From the NCBI GenBank assembly GCA_002269645.1, contig NIVC01001608.1, positions 62,001 to 126,000 on the forward strand: DNA of 64,000 bases. Direction: 5' to 3'. The DNA is from Macrostomum lignano. Lineage: Eukaryota. The notes under the pieces are model-generated. The model was not told the origin of the DNA and did not search any database. It saw nothing but the letters and a program-made list of their open reading frames with translations. This document shows, piece by piece, positions 38,401 through 51,100 of the stretch; position 1 is the stretch's first letter, and every line of letters begins with the position of its first letter. A program made the position numbers and the translations under genes.

Positions 38401-41400
38401 ATAGCTTTCTAAGAATCGCTCTAGCTCTAAGAATCGCTCTAGCTTTCTAAGAATCGCTCTAGTTTTCTAATAATCGCTCTAGCTTTCTAAGAATCGCTCT
38501 AGCTTTCTACAAATCGCTCTAGCTTTCTGAGAATTACTCTAGCTTTCTAAGAACCGCTCTAGCCTTCTAAGAATCGCTCTAGCTTTCTAAGAATCGCTCT
38601 AGCTTTCTAAGAATCGCTCTAGCTTTCTAAGAATCGCTCTAGCTGTAAGAATTACTCTAGCTTTCTAAGAATTACTCTAGCTTTCTAAGAATCGCTCTAG
38701 CTTTCTAAGAATCGCTCTAGCTTTCTAAGAATCGCTCTAGCTGTAAGAATTACTCTAGCTTTCTAAGAATTACTCTAGCTTTCTAAGAATCGCTCTAGCT
38801 TTCTAAGAATCGCTCTAGCTGTAAGAATTACTCTAGCTTTCTAAGAATCGCTCTAGCTGTAAGAATTACTCTAGCTTTCTAAGAATCGCTCTAGCTTTCT
38901 AAGAATCGCTCTAGCTTTCTAAGAATCGCTCTAGCTTTCTAAGAATCGCTCTAGCTGTAAGAATCGCTCTAGCTTTCTAAGAATCGCTCTAGCTTTCTAA
39001 GAATCGCTCTAGCTTTCTAAGAATCGCTCTAGCTGTAAGAATTACTCTAGCTTTCTAAGAATCGCTCTAGCTGTAAGAATTACTCTAGCTTTCTAAGAAT
39101 CGCTCTAGTTTTCTAAGAATCGCTCTAGCTTTCTAAGAATCGCTCTAGCTTTCTAAGAATCGCTCTAGCTTTCTACAAATCGCTCTAGCTTTCTGGGAAT
39201 TACTCTAGTTTTCTAAGAATCGCCCTAGCCTTCTTCGAATCGCTCTAGTCCTAAATGCTGACAAGCAGCACGCAAAAACCTACGCACGAATGCACTGTCC
39301 AGACTATCCAGTACCTCGCCGTACTTGCACCTTTTTTAGTCTGTCAACCTCTGTGTTTTTCCATCGCTATCGAGGCATGTACGAGTATTTAAAGAGCCGA
39401 CTAGAATTCGCCATTCGATCTATGGAATCCGGGTAAGTATTGCTACTTTTTATTATCTGAAGGTGCTTTAAGTGCGGCTTGGCATTTGTCTGCGTCAGCC
39501 AATCTTGGAATATAATTTGGCACATTTTTAAAAAACAATTTTTACAGTGCCCTGACGCCCGAGCTATTTCCGATCCTCCTGCTGTTCTCCCGCCTGACTC
39601 CGCCTGTGAAGGAGACCTCAGCGGTGCACGACGGCGGCTTGGACACCGGCGTATTTGTGCCGCTCATTATTGCGTGAGTAGTGAATATAGCACCTGTATG
39701 TACATCTGAATATAGCACCTGTATGTACATCTGAATATAGCACCTGTATGTACATCTGAATATACACCTGAATGTACGTCTAAATTTAGCTCGTAAAAAT
39801 GAATATATCTCTGAATATAAACCTGAATATTTAGTACACGCCTGTATGTTAACTGAATATTATGAGTTAACCCGCAACCCCACCAGCAGCAAAAGGAAGG
39901 CAAAGGCAGCGGGTTGGCAGCGAGCACAAAGCAGCGACGAGGTGGGGAAGGCGACCCCTTCGTATGTTGAATTTATTTTGCGCATTACACGGGCGTACGT
40001 CGAATTCGAAATTGATCGATAAAACCGGGGAGAATAAAACAAGAGAGTTAAAAAAAAATCTGAGCACTTGCACACAGACGGTCAAGCCAGAAAATACTGG
40101 GTTTAAGAACCCCCGGCACGCGGCGGAGGGGGGGCGGAGGAGAGGTGGGCGAAGGGGGTGGGGTGAGGTTAACACACTTTACACTGAGGCCCACGGAGCA
40201 GGCCTAGTGTAAAGTATAGACATTATTACGACTTTCGGTCGACATTTCTACGAAAATTAAATACTTGTACCATTTTAAACGGCCTTGGTCGCTCGTTATC
40301 GTCGAAGCCTTGCTGCCACTGATGCGTGAACAGCATAAGTACTATACGCGTGCGACTCAAAAGGCGTGCGTCGAAAAAATTTGTTACATCAGGGTGTCCG
40401 GGAAGCCAACTCGTCTCTGAATGGGTCGAGTCATTAAATAGTAGCATGATTACGTCAAGCGACATCCACGACCGGGTGTTTCTGGGGGCAATGTGCGAAC
40501 AGTGGAACGGCTCAGATTACTTGTAAACGCCAGCTCTGCAGTCAAAGAGACAGTTGGACAGAGGCTGGCATCAAAATCCGCTTGAATGGCCTCCATCCGC
40601 CCGAAACGGAAGCTTGCTGAAGAGTCGGCACTGATTGCAACGAAGCGTGAAGCCGTCTTCAGTCAGTCTTTTTCTTAGTTCCAGGAATAGGCCATTTGGC
40701 AGAGCTGCACCATGAAATCTATTTTCATTCTGGTGCTGTTTACCGTGAAGTTTAATTCCTACTAAATTTACATGGCCTTGATCGCGTTAATCATTCTCCA
40801 CGTTGCTTGCTCAAAGTCTGTCGATGTGGCGACTGACTGGCAGCTTTCGGCACTCTGATTTTCTGCTGCCGACGTGAATGAGCCCGAGTTTGATGGCTGC
40901 GGACACCATTTATAAATAGACTTGCGCTGGTTTAAAGATGGCGTTGTTTAGATCGGCTGGTCTCGTTCTGGCATAATAAGCTGTCGCAAGAGCCATCGGA
41001 CAGACACCACGCCACCGTCAAACTAGTGCAGGAAGCGGGGACGGGGACATCTGATAACGAAATCAAAGCCGTTAAGCTTCTCCAAAGATGATACGGCATT
41101 TGCCTGTCCACGGGAAATGTAGAGATGGAAATATTCAATACAAAGATCCTGTGAGAAAATTCACTAAAACACGATTGCGTAGTTAATGAACTTACGCCTG
41201 ACAAGTCAGACATGCGTACTGGAATGTTTGCGGTTAAGTAGTGTCACGTCTGGTGCGAATACCAGTTGATCTGCAACCTGCACCCCCGCTTCATTTTGTT
41301 CGACGTGAGTTACACAAGAGAGTAGCGGCCTCCTGTAGATAGCGGTCTTACAAGTCGATTATCAACTTTTGAAAGTTGCTGAAACGCAGACAAAAAGCGG

Positions 41401-44400
41401 TACAACATATAGCAACTTTCGGTCCGACTTTCGTGTCTTAAAAGTCGATAAAAATTGTTAAAAATCTGGTTTAGAAACGAATAAAAACAAGAAACATCGA
41501 TGCTATTGCGACAATGGTGGTGTAGAATGTATTTTTCATGGAAGTTTGTTAATATTGCCATCAATTATCGACGATAATCGTTCATTAAAACGCAGGTTGT
41601 TTAATGTCACTAGTCGATATGGACTTGACATTATACGATATATCGCATAGTTTAAGTTTTGAAAGAGATTAGCAACGAGTAGTTAAATTAGAACGGGTAA
41701 TTCACTAGTCATTGTCTAGACTCATTCGAGGTACGAATAACCGTGCACTTATCTTGACATTATTTTGTACTTTTCGAGTCAACTGTGAACGATGATTAAA
41801 CCAATTTAAAAAAAAATTACAGACAAGCTGATGTAGCACATTTCTCTCAGTCAGCGAAAGCCAAATCTGCATCCTGTAACTGAGGATATTGAATGACAGA
41901 TTTTTCAATAAATGATCCTGCAGAATCCACAGCGTAGAGCATTGGAGATGCAAAGAAGTTGCTTTTTTAGCGTACCTGTGACGCGGAAATTCAAGTCTAT
42001 TCTCTTTTGTACTCATCTGCTTTTACTCCTCTTGGCCAGGTATTTTTTGTGTATTTTCTGCTTTCAGCCACACTATCTCTCCCAGAATCGGAAGGAACTT
42101 GTCGTGTGTGTTGGACTGGAAATCGCTATTATGTAAAAATAGTAGTACACAAGATGACATTGGAAGACGTCTGGCCAGCTGTAAGGTAACCAAGGCAACA
42201 ACAGCTAGCTTATGATACAGCCGCTGCAATACAGCTGTGTAGAGCATGCACAGTGCTTTGTGGGTATGGCTGCAACCCCCCCCCCACCCTGCATTTCTAC
42301 TGCATGCCTGTCTTTAAAATCAATTTAAGATTCAAATGTAAGAACTGGGGTCAAGGGTCGTAGTGCTCCGGTGCCTGGATAGAAGCTCAAACTTACTCAA
42401 CATTTTCTGTCTCCTCGTGTACTTAAATTTCCATTGCTTTTTTTACCTGGCCTGTCACTTGTCCACAAATCCATCCATTTGGAATGACAGTGTGTGCATT
42501 TTGGGATTGCTAATTTTGGAAGCTCCACCTGTCTTAGTAAGTGAATTAGTTCAACAATTCACTTGCGGCTCCTCTAAGACAATATCCGCCCAGCCTCCGA
42601 TCTTGACTCCAGGGAGCCTTTGACTCCAGTGGTTCCAGTGGACTCTCTTGAAAGCCAGGTTTGCCCTAAGCAAACCAACTTGACATGGAATTCTATTAGA
42701 GGGCCTCGAGCCTGAACAAGCGTGCGCACTTACTTGACGAACTTGGTCGAACTTAGGAGCTTAAGTAGGCGCTTTCTCTCTATCACGGGCCTGTCATTCG
42801 TTAAGTGCATCCGAAGTTTTCTTGACGAATAAGAGTCTTGGGGAGGGGGAATGGGGAATAGGGCATCAATGTTGCTCACGTGTATGGCTATAAGGCTGTA
42901 TATGTATATCAGCTGCCTAATAGCAGGCCACAGACCACACCCCCGCAAGTATCGGACACAACTGACCGGCAAAATACCATCGCAATAGGCGCGATATCAA
43001 ACAGCCAGCCAGCAGCAAGATAACGCAGCTCAGCTGCCTCTCCACCGGCAATGCCCTGGTCGCCTGATCAGCGCAGCGAGATGCTGCAGCGCTACCTGAA
43101 CGATTCTTACCTGGACACCCTGCTCGACTTGCAGGTGGACTGCCTGGTGGACAGCTCCAGTCTCGACTGCGCCACGGCCACCGTGCTCGGCTTCCTGGCC
43201 GGCGCCGTGGTCCCGGTGGCCGTTGCCATGGGAACGGTGGGCAACCTGCTCACGGTGCACGTGATCTTTCGTCGAATTCGTCAGCGAACTCGGCTGCATT
43301 TTTACCTGGCCTGCATTGCGCTGTCGGACTGGGGCAACCTCATCTGCTGGGGCCTGGGCTGGCAGGTGCTGGCCAAGGGGCTGCCCTGGCTCTCCGGTGG
43401 CCGCGTTGGGATAATTATCCCCAACATGTCGGACGGCATGTGCCGCGGCTTCCGGTTCGCGCACAACTTTTTCCACGCCCTGTCGGCCAACTGGTTTCTG
43501 CTGATGACGCTGGACCGTCTAAACGCCCTCTATCGGCCGCTGAAGGCGCGCTCGCTCAGCCTCCGCTCGGCGGCCAAGGCGGCCACCGGCGCCTTCGTGG
43601 CGACCATCGCCATGGCCGGCCCCGTGCCGGCATTCTGGGGCTGGCATCGCCTGGTGCAGGGCGGCGGCGGCCGCATCGCCTGCCTTCCAGTGCCGTTCTA
43701 TGGCGACTCCGTGCGTCTGTGGACCATCTTCTCGACCGTGTTACTGCTGCAGCCGCCCAGCCTCCAGATGCTGGCCGTGTCAGTGTGCAACAGTCTTCTT
43801 CTTGTGCGGCTTTGCCGTCTTCGCCGCTCCTCGGGCAACTTCTTTGGCGGTAATGCGGACACCAGGCGGCACGGAGGCACCAGACGACTCGGGCGCAGCT
43901 CTAGACGACACGGCGGCGCCAGACTGGCAGCGGCGGAGGAACTGGCGCCGACTCTGGTTGTAGTGGCGCTTTCCGTTGTCTTTCTGATGTGCGGCCTGCC
44001 CGTGTGCGCCGTTGGCTTCGTCGTCATGCGCCGGACCGTCTTTGGCGACGAAAGCGACAACGATAGCAGCATCGGTGGAGGCGGCGTTATGGGCCTTCGC
44101 TCAGTGTACAACATCAGCGACATCGGCCAGATTCTGATCCTCGTAAATCAGTCCATCAACTGGGCGGTGCTGCTGTGCAGGGATCGCCAGTTTCGTTCGG
44201 AATTTTTAGCCGTAGTAACGCTTGGTCGCTGCGTCAGGTCAGCGGACGGGAGCGAGCAGATGACCAGCTGGCCGCTGCGAGAGCGGATGGGACGGCGGCG
44301 GGAGGATCGGCTCACAGTGGCCACTGCGTTGCTGTAATTTCCCATTGTAGCAAGAGCAACACCTGCATGGCAAGCATGAGCAGCAGAAAGACCTGTATAA

Positions 44401-47020
44401 AAAACCTGTATAAACAATACTGAGCAACACCGTGTCAACATCAGCAACGAAATAACAATATGAGAGACATGAGCTACAGACTTGTGTTAAGGACTTGCGA
44501 TCTGTTATCCGTATGAACCATTCAGATGATCATGTTAAATAGCAGAGAATACTTGATTCTTTTTGCTTCTAACAATCCTGCAAACAAGCCTAGCAAGTGG
44601 AGCAGTTTTCAAACATGTTGGCGCAGCTCAGAACTCGAATTTCTTTTGGTTTTTTTTGTTGAAATTTGCCTCGAAGACTTGGATAAGACGCGGATTAAGA
44701 GGGTGTGCCACTGTGTATTCAACTGGGCACAGGTGTACAACTATGCAGTGTTTACTTTCACTCTCCGTCGGAGGATTTAGTCAGAAATTGATCAGTGCAA
44801 GTGCGACAAGGCGCGACAATTGGAAATGTGACGGATTAAAAGCAAAAAGAAAAGGAGAATTCCTTTCCAGCTGATTTGCTAACTAGATTGCAGTAGCATT
44901 CGTTGCATTGGTGAGTTTCTGCTCACTTTGCCAAATGCAAGCATCAGAAATTGTTTGCGCAAATTTCTCATACTTGTACAAAGACATTTGTGTCTTCTTT
45001 GGCTTTGGAAATATCTCGGCCTGGCAGAGCTATCAAGTGTATCTGTTAAACGTCTTAAAACGTCGGAAAAATAAGTTGCATATTCTTTGCTAACGGACAC
45101 AGTAACAAGCTAGTCGCTAACCATGAAATGGTCGCAGGCTTTTCGGGAAATATTTTTGGGAGACTTGTCAGACTTCTTAAGCAGTTAGGAGCAGCATGTT
45201 TGAGGACTACGAAGACATCAATTCCTGGAAATGTGGCCTTGGATCTTCTCGCAAAATGTCCAAGGTTTGCTGCAATTATTGGGAATACATGGCTAATCGT
45301 ATCTCCAAAGGATGTAGTCACTTCTTGAAGTTCCGTGTACAGCATAATTCATCTGTATCTTAAAATCGTCTTTCGACAAGAAGAATTCAGAACAGCCTAA
45401 CTGTGATTGGTAGGAAGTTTTGCTAGCAGTCATTTCATATTCTAAAGTAAAAGTACAGCTTGAGTTGATCTGGAACTTGGAACTAACAGTAGTGCAAACA
45501 GTATACATAGCCAATAAAACCACTTGTACTTTATTTTGCTCTGTGTGGTTGGACTATACCGTCTCAGACCCGTTCGAAGCTTCTGCAATGAGTACTAGTA
45601 AGCCTATGCTTTAGACATCTCGAGCTGTCTGGACTAAATTTGCAAGGATACTCCATGGGATTTGGGATGGCACTGTGGCAGGGATTTAGGAAAAAATTGC
45701 ATTTTGCAATTCAACCTAGAGAAGACGCCTCTATGATCCCCAAATCTGCCATCGACCTTGACAGCTGCGGTTCCAGCCCCATGATCCGCGTCCGGCACCT
45801 CTCGGCTCGCGCCCTGGTAGCCGTGGTGCCCGGACACCAGCTGGCCGGATTAGCCGAGCGCATCATCATCTGCGGCCTGCGCCCAACATTTGGCGCCAAC
45901 CAACTGCACGGCGCCCTGCTGCAGTTGGCCGCCGCGGCCGCCGAACTGGCTCCGGCGCTGCCCGGCCGCGAGGAGCGCCAGTCCGTGTTCGGCCGCCTGG
46001 CCGGCCTTTGCCTCGACCGCCTGGATTGGCTGGCCCTGCCGTCCGGTTGCTGTCCGACTTTGGCCGCCGCCTACGCCAGGGCGCTCCGGGCCCTGCTCAG
46101 GCCGCTGGCTGCCGAGCCCGTCCTGCGGCTCCTGCAGGCGTCCGACGGCCGCCTGGCCCGACTGATTGGCAGGCGGCTGCACGACGACCCGGCGACATTT
46201 CTGGCGTCAGCCGAGTCGGCTTGGCCAACAATTCTGGACGAGCCTGACGGACCGGACATGTTCGCCGCCTGCACGGAGCTGGCTTGCGAGCTGCTGCGCG
46301 CGCTGGGCCAGCGGTCCGCTGTTGGCCACGTGCCCGACTTGGCCAGCTCTGCCGCTGCGGGCCTGCTGCTCACCTGGCTGGAGATGCCGGCGCCCCGCTG
46401 TGCAGAGGTCTGTTGGATTGCGCCTCAGAATCCTGGTGTTTGTGTCCGCGTGTCTGCCTGTCTATTTATATTTGTGTGTCTGCCTGTCTATTTGTGTCTG
46501 TGTGTCTGCCTGTCTATTTGTGTCCGCGTGTCTGCCTGTCTATTTGTGTCCGCGTGTCTGCCTGTCTATTTGTGTCCGCGTGTCTGCCTGTCTATTTGTG
46601 TCCGCGTGTCTGCCTGTCTATTTGTGTCCGCGTGTCTGCCTGTCTATTTGTGTCCGCGTGCCTGCTTTGATGGCCTTATGTTTCTGTGTGTGTTTGTCTG
46701 TCCATGTGTCTGTCTCTGCCTGTCTATTTGTGTCTGTGTGTCTGCCTGTCTATTTGTGTCTGTGTGTCTGCCTGTCTATTTGTGTCTGTGTCTCTGTGTG
46801 TCTGCCTGTCTATTTGTGTCTGTGTCTCTGTGTGTCTGCCTGTCTATTTGTGTCTGTGTGTCTGCCTGTCTATTTGTGTCTGTGTCTCTGTGTGTCTGCC
46901 TGTCTATTTGTGTCTGTGTGTCTGCCTGTCTATTTGTGTCTGTGTGTCTGCCTGTCTATTTATGTCTGTGTCTGTCTGTCTATTTGTGTCCGCTTGTCTG
47001 CCTGTCTATTTGTGTCTGTG

Positions 47021-47053
<33 letters not shown>

Positions 47054-47704
47054 GCCTCCGTTGGTCTGCTTTACTTCTAGTCAGTCTATTTTTCTATGCT
47101 ATCCTGTCGCGCCTGTCATCTTAGTGTCAGCCTGTCACATCATAATTTTCTGTCTGTTTCCGCATACGCAAGTGCATGTTGCATCCTTTCTCTCAGCCGC
47201 CGCCAGGCAGTCATGTTGCATTTGGATCAGCGATCGATAGAAGCTGATGCAGTGTCGTGGAAGATTTTCGGTAGGATTCTGGCCTCTTTAAGACTTTCCC
47301 GAGCTGCTAGGATCAATGAAACGCGAACTAGGGATTGAGGAACTGTAAGAACTGGGTTGGCCAACTCGCGTGACTTACCGGATAGTGCATCGATTGGGGT
47401 TTGAAAGTAGCTTTTCTCACTTTTTACTCGGCATTCAAATCGCTGTATTCGAACCTCGGGGATGGCGGGCTAAGCGGTGTCAGGTTACGCTTTGAATCTG
47501 CGCAGCATTTCGATTTACCATGGAATTTTTTCCTTCGATTTCTTGTTAAATATTCTGTTCAACAGAGGGTCCGTCCGGTAAGCAGGTGTTTTATGTACGC
47601 AAAATTCATGGGTGATCCAATGCTAATTCTCCAAAACAGAATGCACTGGCTTTTTTGTCTTACTGCATACTGTTTTTATTACATGCCCCCGTGTCTGCCT
47701 GGCA

Positions 47705-47796
<92 letters not shown>

Positions 47797-47824
47797 GACT
47801 GTCTGTGTTAGTGTCTGCCTGGCA

Positions 47825-47906
<82 letters not shown>

Positions 47907-47924
47907 GTTAGTGTCTGCCTGGCA

Positions 47925-47990
<66 letters not shown>

Positions 47991-48048
47991 TCGTCTGTCT
48001 GTCTGTCTGTCTGTCTGTCTGACTGTCTGTGTTAGTGTCTGCCTGGCA

Positions 48049-48108
<60 letters not shown>

Positions 48109-51100
48109 GACTGTCTGTGTTAGTGTCTGCCTGGCAGTCTGCCTGTCTGTCTGTCTGTCTGTCTGTCTTATCCATGCCACTGCCATATTTGCAATTCCAG
48201 TGCTCCCCTCTCCCCCCCCCCGCAGATCCAGATTTCCACTCTCCACTGGCTGCTGCACGAGTCGCCCCGCTGTCCCCTGCAGTTCGGCCTGCTGTCCAAC
48301 CCCGGCCTGGCCGCCTGCTGTCTCCGTCTGCTGCGCGGTCCCGGCCGGCCGGCCAACTCCGCCCTTGCCGGCCTGGCCGCAGAGTTTCTCGCCAGCTCGC
48401 TCGACCAGCCCGGCCGGCTGCGCGGCCGCCAGCTGATTGCCGAGGAGCGACAGCTGCCCTGCCGGCTGGAAGAGCTGCTGAGCCTGTTGGGAGATTCTCC
48501 AGCCGCCGGACCTTGTCTTCGACTGCGGATCCGCCTGCTTGCCGGCGATGGCGACGGCTGCGGCCGGCTACTGCTGCGGCTGGCCGGCTTCGATCAGCCC
48601 GACCGGCTGCGGCTGGCCGCTGCGCATGCGCTGCGCGACTTCTGCCGTCGCGCCAGCATTGGCCTGTTGACTGCCGAGCCGTGGGAGTGGAGCTCGGATA
48701 AAGGAGAGGCCGAGTTCGGTAAGCCCGACTGAGAGCTTGTGAATTTTCTAGCTTGTGAATCTTCTAGCTTGTGAATCTTCTAGCTTGTGAATCTTCTAGC
48801 TTGTGAATCTTCTAGCTTGTGAATCTTCTAGCTTGTGAATCTTCTAGCTTGTGAATCTTCTAGCTTGTGAAGCTTGGAGCTTGTGAAGCTTGGAGCTTGT
48901 GAAGCTGGGAGCTTGTGAAGTTTCCAGCTTGTGAAGTTTCCAGCTTGTGAAGTTTCCAGCTTGTGAAGCGCCCCCTTTTGTCCGGTTTGTCTGACTGATC
49001 AAGGAAGGGTGTCTTTTCTCGGTTTTACTCGTATTTTGACTTTCGTCTCTCGTCCCGCTTTTGATAATTTAAGTGGACTGGCTGGACCTTTGGGAAGCCG
49101 CCGTCACCGGCCTCATGGACGACTGCGAGGAGGTGTCCGCTGAGGTCTGCGCCTGCGTGTCCGACCTGGCTGGCTGGGGTGAGGACTGAATGAGGGAGAG
49201 TAGGACGGAAGGGGAGATGGAGACTGTGAGAAGCAGAGTGAGATGCAGAAAGTCGGGAGAAGTCGAGTGTGATTAGAAGAGTGAAATGGGACTTGAGAGG
49301 AATAGAATTCGGCGCAATCATAAGAATAAAACAGGGGAGAAGTAGAGTGAAACTGGATAGAAGTAGAGTTAAGCTGGAGAGAAGTAGAGTTAAGCGGGAG
49401 AGAAGTAGAGTTAAGCTGGAGAGAATTAGAGTTAAGCGGGAGAGAAAAAGAGTTAAGCTGGAGAGAAAAAGAGTTAAGCTGGAGAGAAGTAGAGTTGAGC
49501 GGGAGAGAAGTAGAGTTAAGCGGGAGAGAAGTAGAGTTAAGCTGGAGAGAAGTAGAGTTGAGCGGGAGAGAAGTAGAGTTAAGCGGGAGAGAAGTAGAGT
49601 TAAGCTGGAGAGAAGTAGAGTTAAGCTGGAGAGAAGTAGAGTTAAGCGGGAGAGAAGTAGAGTTAAGCTGGAGAGAATTAGAGTTAAGCGGGAGAGAAGT
49701 AGAGTTAAGCGGGAGAGAAGTAGAGTTAAGCTGGAGAGAAGTAGAGTTTAGCTGGAGAGAAGTAGAGTTAAGCTGGAGAGAAGTAGAGTTAAGCGGGAGA
49801 GAAGTAGAGTTAAGCTGGAGAGAATTAAGAGTTAAGCTGAAGAGAAGTAGAGTTAAGCGGGAGAGAAGTAGAGTTAAGCTGGAGAGAAGTAGAGTTTAGC
49901 TGGAGAGAAGTAGAGTTAAGCTGGAGAGAAGTAGAGTTAAGCGGGAGAGAAGTAGAGTTAAGCTGGAGAGAATTAAGAGTTAAGCTGGAGAGAAGTAGAG
50001 TTAAGCGGGAGAGAAGTAGAGTTAAGCTGGAGAGAATTAGAGTTAAGCGGGAGAGAAGTAGAGTTAAGCGGGAGAGAAGTAGAGTTAAGCTGGAGAGAAG
50101 TAGAGTTAAGCGGGAGAGAAGTAGAGTAAAGCTGGAGAGAAGTAGAGTGGAATAAGAAAATAGCAGTAGGAAATTTGCGATGCTCAAAGAGCCAGACAGA
50201 CAGGCTAATCACGATAGCAGTTCTTGCTGTTATATCGAATGCTTTATCAGTTCTCAATTTCCATATTTATCCCGCCCAGTTGAGCCGGCCTGCCAGTCAA
50301 AGTGTCTGGACTGGCTCATCGACCGTCTGGCCGCTCGCCGCGGTCCGCCCGGCTGGTCCGATGCAATCGCTGACCGCCTGCTGGCCTGGCTGCTGGCCGG
50401 ATTCCAAGTTGAGCAAGTTGAGGCCAGCATTGCCGAGGTGAGGCCGTTTGCTTGGCGATTAGATTGGAAGGCCCTTCAAGATCCGCTCCCCTCCCCAATG
50501 AGATCCGCCCCCTCCCCATGAGATCCGCTCCCCTCCCCAATGAGATCCGCCCCCTCCCAATTAGACCCGCCCCCTCCCTAATGAGATCCGCTCCCCTCCC
50601 CAATGAGATCCGCCCCCTCCCCATGAGATCCGCTCCCCTCCCCAATGAGATCCGCCCCCTCCCTAATGAGATCCGCTCCCTCCCCAGTGAGATCCGCTCC
50701 CTCCCCAGTGAGATCCGCTCCCTCCCCAATGAGATCCGCCCCTCCCAATTAGACCCGCCCCCTCCCTAATGAGATCCGCTCCCCTCCCCAATGAGATCCG
50801 CCCCTCCCCAATGAGATCCGCTCCCTCCCCAGTGAGATCCGCTCCCTCCCCAGTGAGATCCGCTCCCTCCCCAGTGAGATCCGCTCCCTCCCCAATGAGA
50901 TCCGCCCCCTCCCAATTAGACCCGCCCCTCCCTAATGAGATCCGCTCCCCTCCCCAATGAGATCCGCCCCCTCCCCATGAAATCCGCTCCCCTCCCCAAT
51001 GAGATCCGCCCCCTCCCAATTAGGCCCGCCCCCTCCCTAATGAGATCCACCCCCTCCACAATGAGATCCGCTCCCTCCATAATGAGATCCGCCCCCTCCA

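Noticed and set aside
25622-39250. CRISPR-like appearance of the 56-, 31- and 20-bp arrays
   Set aside because: There are no unique spacers and no cas genes, and the context is spliceosomal introns.
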